Source: a virus. Taken from it: 64,000 nucleotides of DNA. The DNA lies in the IMG/VR virus record IMGVR_UViG_3300032285_001316, positions 29,152 through 93,151 of that record. One strand, 5' to 3'. How positions within the stretch are numbered: position 1 is the first letter of the stretch; the number at the start of each line of letters is the position of its first letter. The position numbers and the translations under genes were made by a program. This document shows positions 46,664-58,542 of this stretch, one piece after another. The notes beneath the pieces were generated by a model. It saw only the letters and a list, made by a program, of their open reading frames with translations, was not told the origin of the DNA and did not search any database.

Positions 46664-49245
46664 TGGCTATTAACCCTGATGCCCCCAAATATCCTGAAAC
46701 AGACACTGACCTCCTTCAGAACGGTTCTCAGGCAGAACTTCATCCCCCAATTCCTCCTTATAGCAGCCCCGATTACCAGGTTCCTAATGATCAGGTTCAG
46801 CCTGAGGTAGACATCGACCTGCTTCCTGGAGTTCCAGGGCAAAGAGGTGCGACTGGTCCTACAGGTCCCGCAGGTCCCGCAGGTGTATCCACCGCTAGTG
46901 CCCCCATCTCTGTAGACTCTAGCCACAACATCACTATTAACCAGAGTGGGTTTAACCACCTTGGTAATCTGCAGTACTTGCAGATGGATGTAAGTCAGAA
47001 TTACCGTTCGCAGGCCCCAGGTCAGCTTGCGTGGAATGATAACGACGGTACTCTTGAGTTCCAGATGAAGGATGGCGATGCAAACCTTCAGATCGGCCAA
47101 GAACTCAACACCCGTGTCCGTAATGGCACAAGCTCTGTCATTCCTAACGGAACAGCTGTATTTGTTCAGGGGTCAGATAATGACCACATGGTAGTAGCCC
47201 CCATCATTGCTGGGGATCAGGATTCGTCGGATGCCTTCCTTGGCGTTATGACTCAGGACCTCGCAGTAAACGGCGTTGGATACTGTACGACATACGGCAT
47301 CATCCACAACCTGAATACTTCAGCACTGCATGAGGGAAGTCTGATCTACACGGATCCAACGACAAACGGTGCGTTGACGACCAATCTTCCTACCTGGCCA
47401 TACTACGGAATAATCGTCGGTGTGTGTTTGTTCCAGGACTCCACTGCTGGGCAAATCTTTGTGCAGTCAAAATACCTGCCGTCACTGGATGAGGTCCAGA
47501 GCGTTTCTCTAACAAACGTCCAGGATAACGACCGCTTGGCGTTTGATGCGCTGACTCAAAGCTGGATAAACAAGCCTGCAGACTCAGGTCCTACTGGTCC
47601 TCGGGGTGCGACTGGCCCCACAGGTCCTCAGGGTCCCACTGGAGCACGCGGTTCTGATGGCTACGTAGGTGCGGATGGAGCTACAGGGCCGACTGGTCCT
47701 CGTGGTTCAAACGGAGCTACTGGACCCACTGGACCTCAGGGTGTCCAGGGAAATCAAGGTATTCAGGGAAACCAGGGTATTCAGGGACCGACTGGACCAA
47801 CAGGCCCTCAGGGACCCACTGGTCCTACAGGGGCACAGGGTGTCCAGGGTGTGCAGGGTGTTACAGGTCCCACTGGCCCGATTGGTGCGACTGGTCCTCA
47901 AGGAACTCAGGGTGCACAAGGTATTCAAGGACAGCAGGGTATCCAAGGTCCTACTGGACCTACTGGACCCACTGGAGCAACTGGAGCTGTTGGCCCAACT
48001 GGGCCCACAGGTGCGCAAGGTATTCAGGGAATTCAAGGACCTACTGGTCCCACAGGTGCTCAGGGAGTACAGGGTCCGACTGGTCCGACGGGTGCTCAGG
48101 GCATTCAGGGCGTAACTGGTCCAACGGGAGCTACAGGAGCAGTAGGAGCTACGGGTCCCACTGGTCCGACAGGCGCTCAAGGTATTCAAGGTATTCAGGG
48201 CGTCACGGGTCCAACAGGTGCCACAGGTGCAACAGGCCCCACTGGACCCACTGGTGCAGTTGGCTCTACTGGACCCCAGGGTGTCCAGGGTATTCAGGGT
48301 AACGTCGGCCCAACAGGTCCTACTGGGGCAACTGGAGCTACAGGACCTACAGGACCTACTGGTCCAACGGGTGCTCAAGGTATCCAAGGTGCCACTGGTC
48401 CGACAGGTGCGCAGGGAATCCAGGGTGTTACAGGACTTACTGGGTCTACTGGCCCTCAAGGACCTACAGGTTCACAGGGACCAACTGGCTCAACGGGTCC
48501 TACAGGCCCTACGGGTGCGCAAGCCGAGATTACACATTCAGATTCAGCTCCTGGGTCTCCTTATAATGGTCAGCTTTGGTTTGACACAGCAAACAACCGA
48601 TTGTTCATTTGGTACGTTGACGTTGACTCTGCTCAGTGGGTAGAAGTTTCTGCAGGTTACGCTAACAACTTAGAAGCAACTACGGACATTACTCCTGCTG
48701 CTGACAACACTTACGCTTTGGGAAATTCGTCTTATCGTTGGAAAGATATTTATCTAGGTCCTGGTACTTTATATATTACCGACCAGACTCTGCGCACTGA
48801 TGCTGCCATTACCGTAAACAATGGAGTGTTCAACATCGGTGGTGTTGTTCAAGCACAACTACCGCACCTTGCAGTCACTGACCTTACTTTTTCAGACGGC
48901 ACCGTTCAGACTACCGCAGGGAATGGGACTATAAGAACTGCTACGCCTGGTAACTCCGTAAGAATAGACATGTCCGTTGATAGTATCGTCCACATTCACG
49001 TTACCTCGGGAACTCTTACAGTTACTTTATCTAACCTTACTGCGGGTAGAACTTGTGAGTTATTGGTCATGTACGGAAACACTTCTGGGGCACAGGTTTT
49101 GCACGGAATAACTGGGGCTTATCAATCCAGCAACTCATCAAATGGTCAGTCTTTTTTCTTGCCAACTAAACAGTTCAGTTCTTACAGGTATTACTGTGTA
49201 GACGGTACTCTTGCAAATACCTTCGTAGTAGGGCAGATCATCTAA
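46663..49245 (+). CDS. Collagen-like fibre protein
   Basis: About 100 G-X-Y triplets (GPT/GAT/GIQ) flanked by globular domains. Confidence 0.85.
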   Translation: MAINPDAPKYPETDTDLLQNGSQAELHPPIPPYSSPDYQVPNDQVQPEVDIDLLPGVPGQRGATGPTGPAGPAGVSTASAPISVDSSHNITINQSGFNHLGNLQYLQMDVSQNYRSQAPGQLAWNDNDGTLEFQMKDGDANLQIGQELNTRVRNGTSSVIPNGTAVFVQGSDNDHMVVAPIIAGDQDSSDAFLGVMTQDLAVNGVGYCTTYGIIHNLNTSALHEGSLIYTDPTTNGALTTNLPTWPYYGIIVGVCLFQDSTAGQIFVQSKYLPSLDEVQSVSLTNVQDNDRLAFDALTQSWINKPADSGPTGPRGATGPTGPQGPTGARGSDGYVGADGATGPTGPRGSNGATGPTGPQGVQGNQGIQGNQGIQGPTGPTGPQGPTGPTGAQGVQGVQGVTGPTGPIGATGPQGTQGAQGIQGQQGIQGPTGPTGPTGATGAVGPTGPTGAQGIQGIQGPTGPTGAQGVQGPTGPTGAQGIQGVTGPTGATGAVGATGPTGPTGAQGIQGIQGVTGPTGATGATGPTGPTGAVGSTGPQGVQGIQGNVGPTGPTGATGATGPTGPTGPTGAQGIQGATGPTGAQGIQGVTGLTGSTGPQGPTGSQGPTGSTGPTGPTGAQAEITHSDSAPGSPYNGQLWFDTANNRLFIWYVDVDSAQWVEVSAGYANNLEATTDITPAADNTYALGNSSYRWKDIYLGPGTLYITDQTLRTDAAITVNNGVFNIGGVVQAQLPHLAVTDLTFSDGTVQTTAGNGTIRTATPGNSVRIDMSVDSIVHIHVTSGTLTVTLSNLTAGRTCELLVMYGNTSGAQVLHGITGAYQSSNSSNGQSFFLPTKQFSSYRYYCVDGTLANTFVVGQII

Positions 49246-51638
49246 TGGCAGTCAACTTTCCTAACAGCCCAACAGTGGGCCAGAAATTCACGGTAAATAA
49301 TGTTACGCGTGAATGGAATGGTACTGCTTGGATTTCCATTGCCTCAGTAATCCAAGGACCTACTGGACCGCAAGGACCTCAGGGTACATCCATCAACCTC
49401 AAGGGAACTAAGGCAACCGTTGGCGACCTTCCTTCATTGGGAAACATAGTTAACGACGCATGGATTGTTACCGCTGATGGTGACCTTTACGTGTGGAGCG
49501 GTACAGCTTGGGTTAATGTCGGCCAGATTGTTGGTCCTCAAGGCCCTACTGGACCAGAGGGCCCTACTGGCCCTGTTGGCCCTACAGGTAGCGCAGGCAT
49601 TACGGGTGATACTGGTCCAACGGGAGCTACAGGAGCAGTAGGAGCTACGGGTCCCACTGGTCCGACAGGCGCTACAGGCCCCCAGGGAGCTACAGGACCG
49701 ACTGGTACACAAGGAATCGAAGGACCGACAGGACCGCAGGGTATCCAGGGAATTCAGGGTGTGACTGGTCCTACAGGTCCTCAGGGAATCCAGGGTGTTA
49801 CAGGACCCACGGGACCCCAGGGTGTCCAGGGTATTCAGGGTACTCAGGGTATCCAAGGTGTTACTGGACCCACTGGACCTCAGGGGATTACAGGCCCCAC
49901 GGGACCCCAAGGTATTCAGGGCGTAATAGGACCAACTGGACCGACTGGACCACAAGGTATTCAGGGTATTCAGGGTGTGACTGGACCCACAGGTCCTACT
50001 GGGGCTACTGGTCTTACTGGAGACACTGGCCCTACTGGACCTATGGGCCCGACAGGACCTACAGGTGCTCAAGGTACTCAAGGTGTGCAGGGCGTAACAG
50101 GCCCGACAGGCGCTCAAGGTATCCAAGGTACCCAAGGTGTGACTGGCCCTATTGGAGCGCAAGGTCCCACTGGACCCACTGGTGCTCAGGGACCTCAGGG
50201 TGCTCAAGGTAACATTGGACCCACTGGCCCCACTGGTGCTACTGGCCTCACAGGTGATACAGGTCCAACAGGACCCCAGGGTGTTCAAGGTGTTCAAGGG
50301 CCGACAGGTCCTACAGGAGCAACTGGTGCCCAAGGAGCTACTGGTCCTACAGGACCACAAGGTAACCAGGGTATCCAGGGTATTCAAGGTATCCAGGGCG
50401 TAACTGGCCCTACGGGACCAACGGGCGCTACTGGTGCCACAGGTATTCAGGGTCCGACAGGCCCCACAGGCGCGACTGGTGCTGCATCAACTGTTACTGG
50501 TCCGACAGGTCCAACAGGTGCCACTGGTTCGACGGGTGCCACTGGCCCTACTGGTCCGACAGGCCCCACTGGTCCACAGGGTATTCCTGGTAACAACGGA
50601 TCCACAGGAGCAACTGGTCCTACAGGACCCACTGGTCCGACAGGTGCTGCATCTACGGTTACTGGTCCTACTGGTCCGCAAGGTACTCAAGGCCCAACAG
50701 GTCCGACTGGTCCTACAGGCCCAAGTGCAAACATCTCTGCGACCAACACAGTTACTCAAGGACGTCTGAGCGGAGATGTCTCAGTAACCCCCAATGCAGA
50801 CCTAGTTGTCCCGTTTATTTCTGATTTTGATCCGAATAGTTGGTGGAATGCCAGCACCAAGAAGTTCACCCCAACAATTGCTGGATACTACAGCATGACT
50901 ATGCAGGTGTGGTGGACGGTTGCTGCAGTAACCAACAACCAGACCAATATCCAGATTCGCAAGAATAGTAACACCATTGCGATCAGTCAGATTCCAACCA
51001 CTACTAGCCAAGCAACGTATCAAAATACCACTAAGTTGGTGTACCTGAATGGTACGACAGACTACGTAGATTTTACAGCTTACACAGGTAATAGTTCTTC
51101 TCAGACTCTTCAGTGGGGTGGAAACTCCAACGGTCAGGGAACATTCTTCTCCGCCGCTCTGATGACTACGGGTATCGGTCCTACAGGTCCTACAGGTTCT
51201 ACGGGTGCGACAGGTAACACAGGTGCAACTGGCCCCACAGGACCTACAGGTCCCACGGGTGCGACAGGAGCAGCATCAACTGTCACAGGACCTACAGGTC
51301 CCACGGGTGCGACAGGAACCACGGGTGCCACAGGACCCACTGGCCCTAGCGGTGTCATTTCTGTTTCATCTCCCATTACAAACTCAGGCACATCCACATC
51401 CGCTACTATCGGCATTACCGTAGGATCTACTGGCGGAGTTCAAGCGTGGAACATCAATCTTGATAACATCGCTGCAGTAGCTGGAACTGGCTTCCTGAAG
51501 AAAACGGGAACCAGTACCTGGGGCCTGGACTCAAATACTTACATTACATCTCCCTCAACCCCATCTACTTATGACATCCTGAGCTATAATGGAACAACAT
51601 GGGTAACCACATCATCACTCGACGGAGGATCGGCTTAA
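49245..51638 (+). CDS. Collagen-like fibre protein with internal C1q/BclA-like domain
   Basis: Long GPT/GIQ tracts; FTPTIAGYY...[11 protein letters not shown] beta domain. Confidence 0.85.
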   Translation: MAVNFPNSPTVGQKFTVNNVTREWNGTAWISIASVIQGPTGPQGPQGTSINLKGTKATVGDLPSLGNIVNDAWIVTADGDLYVWSGTAWVNVGQIVGPQGPTGPEGPTGPVGPTGSAGITGDTGPTGATGAVGATGPTGPTGATGPQGATGPTGTQGIEGPTGPQGIQGIQGVTGPTGPQGIQGVTGPTGPQGVQGIQGTQGIQGVTGPTGPQGITGPTGPQGIQGVIGPTGPTGPQGIQGIQGVTGPTGPTGATGLTGDTGPTGPMGPTGPTGAQGTQGVQGVTGPTGAQGIQGTQGVTGPIGAQGPTGPTGAQGPQGAQGNIGPTGPTGATGLTGDTGPTGPQGVQGVQGPTGPTGATGAQGATGPTGPQGNQGIQGIQGIQGVTGPTGPTGATGATGIQGPTGPTGATGAASTVTGPTGPTGATGSTGATGPTGPTGPTGPQGIPGNNGSTGATGPTGPTGPTGAASTVTGPTGPQGTQGPTGPTGPTGPSANISATNTVTQGRLSGDVSVTPNADLVVPFISDFDPNSWWNASTKKFTPTIAGYYSMTMQVWWTVAAVTNNQTNIQIRKNSNTIAISQIPTTTSQATYQNTTKLVYLNGTTDYVDFTAYTGNSSSQTLQWGGNSNGQGTFFSAALMTTGIGPTGPTGSTGATGNTGATGPTGPTGPTGATGAASTVTGPTGPTGATGTTGATGPTGPSGVISVSSPITNSGTSTSATIGITVGSTGGVQAWNINLDNIAAVAGTGFLKKTGTSTWGLDSNTYITSPSTPSTYDILSYNGTTWVTTSSLDGGSA

Positions 51639-51639
51639 T

Positions 51640-52920
51640 ATGGCTAGAAAAGCCCTAATCCAGCTGCGTAGAGATACAGCAGCGAACTGGACTTCCGTCA
51701 ACCCCACCCTGGCAGCTGGTGAAATTGGTTTTGAGACGGATACAAGCAGGTTCAAGATTGGTACAGGCTCTGCTGCCTGGACAGCACTAAACTACAGTTC
51801 TAGCGGGGTAAGTGTTGGTGCTACGCCCCCCTCTACGCCTACTAATGGTAGTCCTTGGTTTAACACCAACGACGGTACGCTTTACATTTATTACACTGAC
51901 GCTAACTCTTCTCAGTGGGTTCAGATAAAGGCTAATTCTGCTCTGCAGTCGTCTATTCTTTCTCGCCTTGGCGCTTTGGAATCTCAGGCTATTGCTTTTG
52001 GATATCTCAGCCCCAACTACATTATTAATGGTGCTTTTGATTTTAATCAACGCGCTTTTACCAGCGCTACTACTAACGCCTCATGGGGGTTTGATAGGTG
52101 GCGTCTAGAAACTGATGGAACAGGTGCGACCTATTCTTCTCAGTCATTTACCCCAGGAACGGCCCCATTGGCAGCTGTTGAAGGTACGTCTTTTGCGCGC
52201 CTTGTAACTACTGGTCAATCTATTACTGGAACATACACTATTCTTCGCCAGCCAATTGAAGATGTACATACCCTGACTGGTCAAACAGTCACCGTTTCTT
52301 TCTGGGCCAAGTCTGCTTCGGGAACACCCAAGATTGCTGTTGAGTTTTATCAAAACTTTGGTACTGGAGGATCTTCAGCAGTATCGACCCCTTTTGGTGC
52401 AATTACCTTGACTGGTGGCACCGCATGGACTCGCTACTCAGTTACGGGTACCGTTCCAACTATTCTTGGAAAAACTTTTGGTGCTGGAAACTGTCTTGAG
52501 CTTTTGCTTTGGGTATCTGGTGGCAGCACTTTCGCTACAAGAAACTCCTCTATCGGTATCCAGTCGAACACGTTTGACGTTTGGGGTGTTCAGGTTGAGC
52601 AGGGTTCTGTTGCTACTGGCTTCCGTCGTAACGCTAACTCGTTACAGGGTGAACTAGCCGCATGCCAACGGTATTACCAAACGGGAAGAATCAGTTACGA
52701 CCAAGGATATGTTCCAGTCAACTCGGCGTGCGGGATGAACGTTGTATTTCCCGTTCCAATGCGGGCAACCCCGACGGATACTTACTCTTTTAGCGGAAGC
52801 AACTCTAGGCAAGGGGCTAACCGATTCTTGACAAATACTTCGTTGGGGCGTTATTGCCTTTCAAACAGTACGGCGGCTCTTACCGCTTATGAGGACTACA
52901 CAATGACTGCGGAACTTTAG
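51640..52920 (+). CDS. Fibre protein: Mtd N-terminal domain, CBM-like domain, ELAACQRYY...AEL tip
   Basis: IQLRRDTAANW...LAAGEIGFETDT; NYIINGAFD; CQRYY. Confidence 0.78.
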   Translation: MARKALIQLRRDTAANWTSVNPTLAAGEIGFETDTSRFKIGTGSAAWTALNYSSSGVSVGATPPSTPTNGSPWFNTNDGTLYIYYTDANSSQWVQIKANSALQSSILSRLGALESQAIAFGYLSPNYIINGAFDFNQRAFTSATTNASWGFDRWRLETDGTGATYSSQSFTPGTAPLAAVEGTSFARLVTTGQSITGTYTILRQPIEDVHTLTGQTVTVSFWAKSASGTPKIAVEFYQNFGTGGSSAVSTPFGAITLTGGTAWTRYSVTGTVPTILGKTFGAGNCLELLLWVSGGSTFATRNSSIGIQSNTFDVWGVQVEQGSVATGFRRNANSLQGELAACQRYYQTGRISYDQGYVPVNSACGMNVVFPVPMRATPTDTYSFSGSNSRQGANRFLTNTSLGRYCLSNSTAALTAYEDYTMTAEL

Positions 52921-52929
52921 GAGGTAAGC

Positions 52930-53043
52930 ATGGCTACTGTATCGCCTACGGGCATTTATTATCGGGCTGCTGGTGGTCTTACAGCATTTAGACCTTATGT
53001 TCTTCAAACTAGTGGTTATATTGGGATTAGTGCGGAGCTATAA
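52930..53043 (+). pseudogene. 37-aa relic of a fibre C-terminus (...RPYVLQTSGYIGISAEL)
   Basis: Matches the C-termini GAYLGFSAEL and SGYIGFSAEL of neighbouring paralogues. Confidence 0.6.
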
Positions 53044-53189
53044 TGAAATACGAAACTATTACTATTGAATCTATTGGTAAATCTCAGGATTACATTATCA
53101 TTGATAAAGGTAATGATGAGTTTGAATCGTTCCCTGTAGATGAAACTAATCCTCGCTACATTCAATTTGTTGAGGAGAATAAGAAGTAA
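53043..53189 (+). CDS. Small fibre-associated protein (SFP...NP.Y), not in ORF track
   Basis: TAATG coupling; paralogous to 54403..54609. Confidence 0.55.
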   Translation: MKYETITIESIGKSQDYIIIDKGNDEFESFPVDETNPRYIQFVEENKK

Positions 53190-54403
53190 TGGCTGCTTTA
53201 GACTTCCCATCTCCCGCGACTAACGGGCAAACGTACTCTAACTGGATCTATGACTCCAGTATTCCTGGATGGACTGCACAACCTGCATCGGTATCTGGTG
53301 CAACTGCTTCTGCAACTGCGCCTTCTTCCCCTAATGCTGGTGATCTCTGGTACAGCACCAATGAGGGTCTCCTGTACGTCTATTACAATGATGGTACTTC
53401 TTCTCAGTGGGTAGAAGTAAAGGCCAACTCCTATCTTGGCTCTACTCTTTCGGCTAGAACTGACGCTCTTGAAAATGGTTGGAAGAACTATCTGCTCAAT
53501 GGAGCTTTTGATATTTGGCAGCGCGGAACTTCTCAATCTACATCTGGGTATGGCTCTGCTGACAGGTGGTACGGCTTAGCGTACGGAACAACTACCCTTT
53601 CTCAAGAAACGTCTGATTTACCCACAGGTGTTAGGTATGGGATGAAGTGGGTAACCGCAGCGGCTTCCAGTTTTGTGCAAATTCATCAGCCCCTTGAAAC
53701 AGCCATGGTCATTCCTTTGCGTGGTCAAACAGTAACTTTTTCGTACTATGCAAAGGTAGCAGGTGGTTTTACAGGGAATCTAACCGCTGAAGTTCTGTAC
53801 AGCAATGCCACTACAGATGCCTCATACTCTGGAAATACAACAGCGGTAACAGTTACGGGAACTCCCTCGGCCCCAACATCTTGGGCTCGTCTCACCTTTA
53901 CTTTTACTGTTCCTTCAGATGCGCTAAGCCTTCGGGTTGGAGTTGTTCCTACGGCTGCACAGGCTTCTGGTGCAACAGTTAGGTTAGCAAATGTACAGTT
54001 GGAGGTGGGCGGTGCAGCTACTCCATTCCGCCGTGCTCACCCATCTATCCAGGCAGAACTTGCAGCATGCCAACGTTATTACTGGCGGCAGTACTCAACA
54101 CAAGCTTATTCAACGCTAACTACTTACGGAACAGCTCAGTCATCTACCGTAATTATGGCGGACTCAGTATTCCCTGTTCCTATGCGTGTTGCCCCAACTA
54201 GCGTAGACTTTTCATCGCTCCTTGGGTATGACGGGTTTGCTACTACTATCCCCGTACAGTCGGTGTCGCTTAACTTTTATAACAACTTTTCTGCTGGTGT
54301 CGCGTTTACCGTTAACTCCGCTGGTTTAACACAGGCGCGACCACACGTCATCATTTCAAATAACACAACGGGTGCATACCTTGGATTTAGTGCGGAGCTG
54401 TAA
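53189..54403 (+). CDS. Fibre/receptor-binding paralogue
   Basis: LDFP module, NGAFDIWQRG, ELAACQRYY...SAEL. Confidence 0.75.
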   Translation: MAALDFPSPATNGQTYSNWIYDSSIPGWTAQPASVSGATASATAPSSPNAGDLWYSTNEGLLYVYYNDGTSSQWVEVKANSYLGSTLSARTDALENGWKNYLLNGAFDIWQRGTSQSTSGYGSADRWYGLAYGTTTLSQETSDLPTGVRYGMKWVTAAASSFVQIHQPLETAMVIPLRGQTVTFSYYAKVAGGFTGNLTAEVLYSNATTDASYSGNTTAVTVTGTPSAPTSWARLTFTFTVPSDALSLRVGVVPTAAQASGATVRLANVQLEVGGAATPFRRAHPSIQAELAACQRYYWRQYSTQAYSTLTTYGTAQSSTVIMADSVFPVPMRVAPTSVDFSSLLGYDGFATTIPVQSVSLNFYNNFSAGVAFTVNSAGLTQARPHVIISNNTTGAYLGFSAEL

Positions 54404-54609
54404 TGAAGTACATGATTGTTAAAACAGACTTTATGGGAACGCCTACGTTTTCTATCATGACGACTGAAGACGAAGTAGCAATGACGAGTTTTCCAGCCGT
54501 AGTGGGAAATCCTCACTATGACCTACTCCTTACTCAAGCAGGGCTTACTGATGAGCAGATGCTTGCCACTACTCCTGGCGTATGGAACGATCTTAAGGTG
54601 GTGGCTTAA
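54403..54609 (+). CDS. Small fibre-associated (chaperone-like) protein
   Basis: SFP...NPHY. Confidence 0.55.
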   Translation: MKYMIVKTDFMGTPTFSIMTTEDEVAMTSFPAVVGNPHYDLLLTQAGLTDEQMLATTPGVWNDLKVVA

Positions 54610-55766
54610 TGGCTCTTGATTTTCCTTCGTCCCCAACTAATGGGCAGCAGTATGGCGTCTACACGTATGATAGTACGCTAGGTGCTTGGCGTTCTCGCTC
54701 TACATCCTCTGCGGCTACCTACGTCTCTGATACTGCTCCTGCCGCAGCTAATAATGGTGATCTTTGGTGGAATAGCACCGACGGTACATTCTACGTTAGC
54801 TATAACGACGGCAACTCTACCCAGTGGGTAGAGGGTCGTGCTCCCATTACTGCCAATGGATACACCTCCCCTAACTACATCATCAACGGCGGGTTCGATG
54901 TCTGGCAGCGCGGCACAAGTGGAACCTACGCAAGCGGTTCCTACTCTGGTGCTGACCGTTGGGTATGCGGGTCGTCGTCTACAACTATCTCGAAGGATGC
55001 TGATGCTCCGACGGGCTTGCTTCAGTCACTGAAGATTGTCGCTGCCTCAGCCAACTCCATCTACCAGCGCATTGAGGCTGCAAACTCGACGGCCCTTGCT
55101 GGCAAGACTGTGACGCTCAGCTTCTACTACAAGCGCACGTCGGGAACTGGAAACGTAGATGCTCGCTTCTACTATCCCTCTGCTGCTGACAACTTCGGAA
55201 CGGTTACGCAGATTGGCTCAACATCTGTCATCTCTTCGTCCCCTGCATCGTCGTGGACTCGCTACTCGGTGAGTGTGGCGCTTCCACCAAACGTGGTGAA
55301 CGGACTTCAGGTCCTCATCAACAACGATGGCAATACCACTTCGTACATCGCTGGTGTGCAGCTGGAGGAGGGTACGGCTGCTACGGTTTTCCGTCGTAAC
55401 GCTAACTCGATACAGGGTGAACTAGCCGCATGCCAAAGGTATTATTGGCGCTCTTTGCCTCCAACCTCGAACTATCAACAACTTGCTATGGGATTTGTGA
55501 CTTCGGGAACAAGTGTTGACCTTTACGTTAGTACGCCAGTCCCCCTACGCATACCGCCAACATCTATCGACTACGTTGCCGCTAACTTGCAAGTTCTTGA
55601 TACTGGGTTTGCTGGGAGTCTTACAAGCCTCGCGGTGACATCTTCTTCTGGCGTAACACCAGTTGTTATTACTGCAACTGGAAGCGGGTATACAACCACC
55701 CGTCCTGCTTGGCTTCGTGTTGGCCCGAACACTTCGGGCTATATCGGTTTTAGTGCGGAACTGTAA
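54609..55766 (+). CDS. Fibre/receptor-binding paralogue
   Basis: LDFP module, NGGFDVWQRG, ELAACQRYY...SAEL. Confidence 0.75.
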   Translation: MALDFPSSPTNGQQYGVYTYDSTLGAWRSRSTSSAATYVSDTAPAAANNGDLWWNSTDGTFYVSYNDGNSTQWVEGRAPITANGYTSPNYIINGGFDVWQRGTSGTYASGSYSGADRWVCGSSSTTISKDADAPTGLLQSLKIVAASANSIYQRIEAANSTALAGKTVTLSFYYKRTSGTGNVDARFYYPSAADNFGTVTQIGSTSVISSSPASSWTRYSVSVALPPNVVNGLQVLINNDGNTTSYIAGVQLEEGTAATVFRRNANSIQGELAACQRYYWRSLPPTSNYQQLAMGFVTSGTSVDLYVSTPVPLRIPPTSIDYVAANLQVLDTGFAGSLTSLAVTSSSGVTPVVITATGSGYTTTRPAWLRVGPNTSGYIGFSAEL

Positions 55767-55779
55767 GGAATAACTAATT

Positions 55780-56475
55780 ATGGGACTTGATTTTCCAGCA
55801 TCACCAAATAATGGTGATACATACAATAACTATTACTATGACTCTAGTATTGGAGCTTGGCGATCCAATGGCTCTACTACTGCTCTAGGTACTAGAGTAA
55901 CCGCCCTTGAAGTAGCTGGTACTACTACTAATAGGAGTGGGCTAGTGCCTGTTACTCCAACAAGCGTTGTTGTTGGTTCTGGATCGGCAACTGTCACCGC
56001 TAATGGTTTGATTACGCTCTCATCTGTTAGTTCAATAAGCCTGAATTCGGTATTCACATCTACCTATCAGGATTACTTTATCAAAGTGGATCTGAACTTC
56101 TCTACCAATACTGCCCCTAACGTCAGACTAAGAGCTGCAGGAACTGACACAACAAGTGGTTACTGGTCTGGTCGCCTTTATCAAATCGATGGAACAATTG
56201 GTGGGCAGAACAACTCCACCAATGCTACCTGGGGTCTCACGGCTACAGCAGTGCAAAAGTACTACGGAAACATGACCATGTATAAACCCTTTGCTATAAA
56301 CAACACGTACTCGCACCACTCTATTTTTGCTATCACGGGAGCATCTGATGCCACTGTGATTGCTGAACAGCAAGCAACGCAGGCATATTTGTCAACGACT
56401 TCATTTGACGGTTTTACACTATACGGAAGCGCAGGGACAGTCTCTGGGACCCTTCAGGTTTACGGCTATAATTAA
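55780..56475 (+). CDS. Fibre-related protein
   Basis: LDFP module and beta-rich C-terminus (FDGFT...G...VYGYN). Confidence 0.7.
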   Translation: MGLDFPASPNNGDTYNNYYYDSSIGAWRSNGSTTALGTRVTALEVAGTTTNRSGLVPVTPTSVVVGSGSATVTANGLITLSSVSSISLNSVFTSTYQDYFIKVDLNFSTNTAPNVRLRAAGTDTTSGYWSGRLYQIDGTIGGQNNSTNATWGLTATAVQKYYGNMTMYKPFAINNTYSHHSIFAITGASDATVIAEQQATQAYLSTTSFDGFTLYGSAGTVSGTLQVYGYN

Positions 56476-56498
56476 TTACTAGGATTAAGGACTAGATC

Positions 56499-56711
56499 AT
56501 GGAAGATATTACCCCCGCAGACTCAGCAGTACCCGTCTATCTTGTACCGCTGAGCGAGGAAGAACTCGCAGAACGCGAGCAGTGGGCTAAAGATGAAGCG
56601 GCGCAAGCTGCTGCAGAAGAAGCCAAGATTGCTGCTAAAGAAACAGCGAAAGCTAAACTTGCTGCTCTTGGCCTTACAGAGGTTGAGGTTGCAGCCATTC
56701 TAGGACTGTAG
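56499..56711 (+). CDS. Small fibre-associated protein
   Basis: AKAKLAALGLT..E..A.LG motif. Confidence 0.55.
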   Translation: MEDITPADSAVPVYLVPLSEEELAEREQWAKDEAAQAAAEEAKIAAKETAKAKLAALGLTEVEVAAILGL

Positions 56712-56756
56712 CCAAGTTATACTTGTAACTAAGCTTATTTATTAAAGAGGTTATTC

Positions 56757-57227
56757 ATGCCTAAGATCCAAGTTAGACGCGGTACTGCTGCGCAGTGGAC
56801 GACTGCTAACCCCACACTTTCTGCTGGTGAGTTTGGGTATGAGACTGACACCAAGAAGTTTAAGATTGGTGACGGTTCTACTGTATGGGGATCTTTGAGC
56901 TACGCTCAGTCTGGCGCACTTACTGCTACGCCTTACTCGCTGACTATTTCCAACGCGTTCTCAAACTCGGGAACGTTCAATGGTTCTAGCGCAATTACGC
57001 TTGATCTTCCATCAACCATTGCTCGTAATGCTCAAACTGCCACTGCTCTGCAGACTGGCCGTACAATTAACGGCACAACGTTTGACGGCTCTGCTGCGGT
57101 AATTGTAGGTGGCGCTATCTACGGTCAGACGGCCAGTTCTGGCGCTACATTTAGGAATATCTACGTAAGCCCTTCGGCCTCTGCTCCTACATCCCCACAA
57201 CCTGGAGATGTTTGGATCGCCTGGTAA
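56757..57227 (+). CDS. Mtd N-terminal domain fibre protein
   Basis: IQVRRGTAAQW...GEFGYETDT.KFKIGDG. Confidence 0.75.
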   Translation: MPKIQVRRGTAAQWTTANPTLSAGEFGYETDTKKFKIGDGSTVWGSLSYAQSGALTATPYSLTISNAFSNSGTFNGSSAITLDLPSTIARNAQTATALQTGRTINGTTFDGSAAVIVGGAIYGQTASSGATFRNIYVSPSASAPTSPQPGDVWIAW

Positions 57228-57237
57228 GGCGTAGATA

Positions 57238-58530
57238 ATGGCTCAGTGGGATTCAGGTAATCTATCTACTACGGGATACGGTTACTTTTATATTAGGCTT
57301 TACGCCACAGAAAACCCTAACCAGGGTGGAAATTACTCCACGGTTAGTTGGTCGTTATACCTTTATGGAAATAACAACAGCTTTCACGCAAACTATCCAC
57401 ACATTTCTAGCTACTACGTAAACATCGGTGGCTATGAATATGGGGATAGTGTTACGTATGATTTTGCAGGTGCAGGTGGAGCTGTCTACTTGGGCGGAAC
57501 AACTACGGGAGCGATATCCCACAACGCCGATGGTTCCAAATCTATTTCAGTGTATGCGTCATTTAGCGGTGCTGATGGGTACCCTCTTGGTGATGGAAAT
57601 ACTGGTTGGCAAGGCATGGGCCTTACAGACTTCCCCATGCCCCCATACGCTACATCAACACCCACCTATACTCCCCGTGTAAGTGGAAATAACTCAGTCA
57701 CAATATCTACAGGTGGAAGCACTTACTCTGGAGATCCAGGAATTGACTACTACCGTTATCACATCCTTAATAGGAACACCAATACATGGTCTACTGTAGA
57801 CACAGGCTCGCCGTATACCTTTGCAGGAGATTACTCGGCAGATTACTACGTCTACACTACGGCCCATAACTCAGCTGGTTTTGGGCCAGACTCTAGTGGT
57901 ACAGAGGTTTACGCTGCGCCGTACATTAGCTCTGTAACTCTTCCTTCGGGAACAGTTGGTAAGACATATTCGGGATCAATTATAGGCACCAAGGTTGACT
58001 CATACTCTATTTCTTCTGGAAGTCTGCCAGCTGGATTGTCTATTTCTGGATCAAGTATTGTGGGTACCCCAACCATTCCTGGAGTGTATACTTTCACACT
58101 TCGTGGTACTAGAACTGGGGTTGGAACGTATGACTTTGCGTCTCAAACAGTGCAGGTATTTGCTGGTGGTCCGTGGGTATACCTGTCTTCTCCCTGGACA
58201 TCAAAGACGGTTACGGCTGCAACCACAACTGGTGGTGCAACCACAGTTACCACTAGTGCTGCACACAACATTAGTGAGCTTAATCAGCCAATCACTTTGA
58301 GTGGGTTCAGTGGCGCACAGGCATTCCTCAACGGAAACTGGGTCGTATCTTCTTGGACGAGTAATACCCTAACTTTTACTACGGGAGCCTCCAATCAAAG
58401 CGCTACTGGGTTGAGTGGAACTGTGGCTACTTCCTGGAAGCGAACCTCTATTTCCGCTTACCCTGGTGGAGTCAAAACACAGGGATACACTAGAGTTTGG
58501 AACGGCTCAAGTTGGGTCAATACCGCATAA
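57238..58530 (+). CDS. Minor tail protein with DUF859-like and Ig-like domains
   Basis: N.STVSW.L, HNADGSK, SGSLPAGLSI...GTPT..G.YTF. Confidence 0.7.
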   Translation: MAQWDSGNLSTTGYGYFYIRLYATENPNQGGNYSTVSWSLYLYGNNNSFHANYPHISSYYVNIGGYEYGDSVTYDFAGAGGAVYLGGTTTGAISHNADGSKSISVYASFSGADGYPLGDGNTGWQGMGLTDFPMPPYATSTPTYTPRVSGNNSVTISTGGSTYSGDPGIDYYRYHILNRNTNTWSTVDTGSPYTFAGDYSADYYVYTTAHNSAGFGPDSSGTEVYAAPYISSVTLPSGTVGKTYSGSIIGTKVDSYSISSGSLPAGLSISGSSIVGTPTIPGVYTFTLRGTRTGVGTYDFASQTVQVFAGGPWVYLSSPWTSKTVTAATTTGGATTVTTSAAHNISELNQPITLSGFSGAQAFLNGNWVVSSWTSNTLTFTTGASNQSATGLSGTVATSWKRTSISAYPGGVKTQGYTRVWNGSSWVNTA

Positions 58531-58542
58531 CTAAGGCGAGCA

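Noticed and set aside
47669-51423. Long alternative-frame and antisense ORFs over the collagen genes
   Set aside because: Artefacts of G-X-Y repeat periodicity lacking stop codons
52621-55444. Diversity-generating retroelement (both mismatches in the 56-bp repeat are A in one copy; Mtd N-terminal domains present)
   Set aside because: No reverse transcriptase or non-coding template repeat in the window; both copies are coding and mid-gene, and two mismatches are too few
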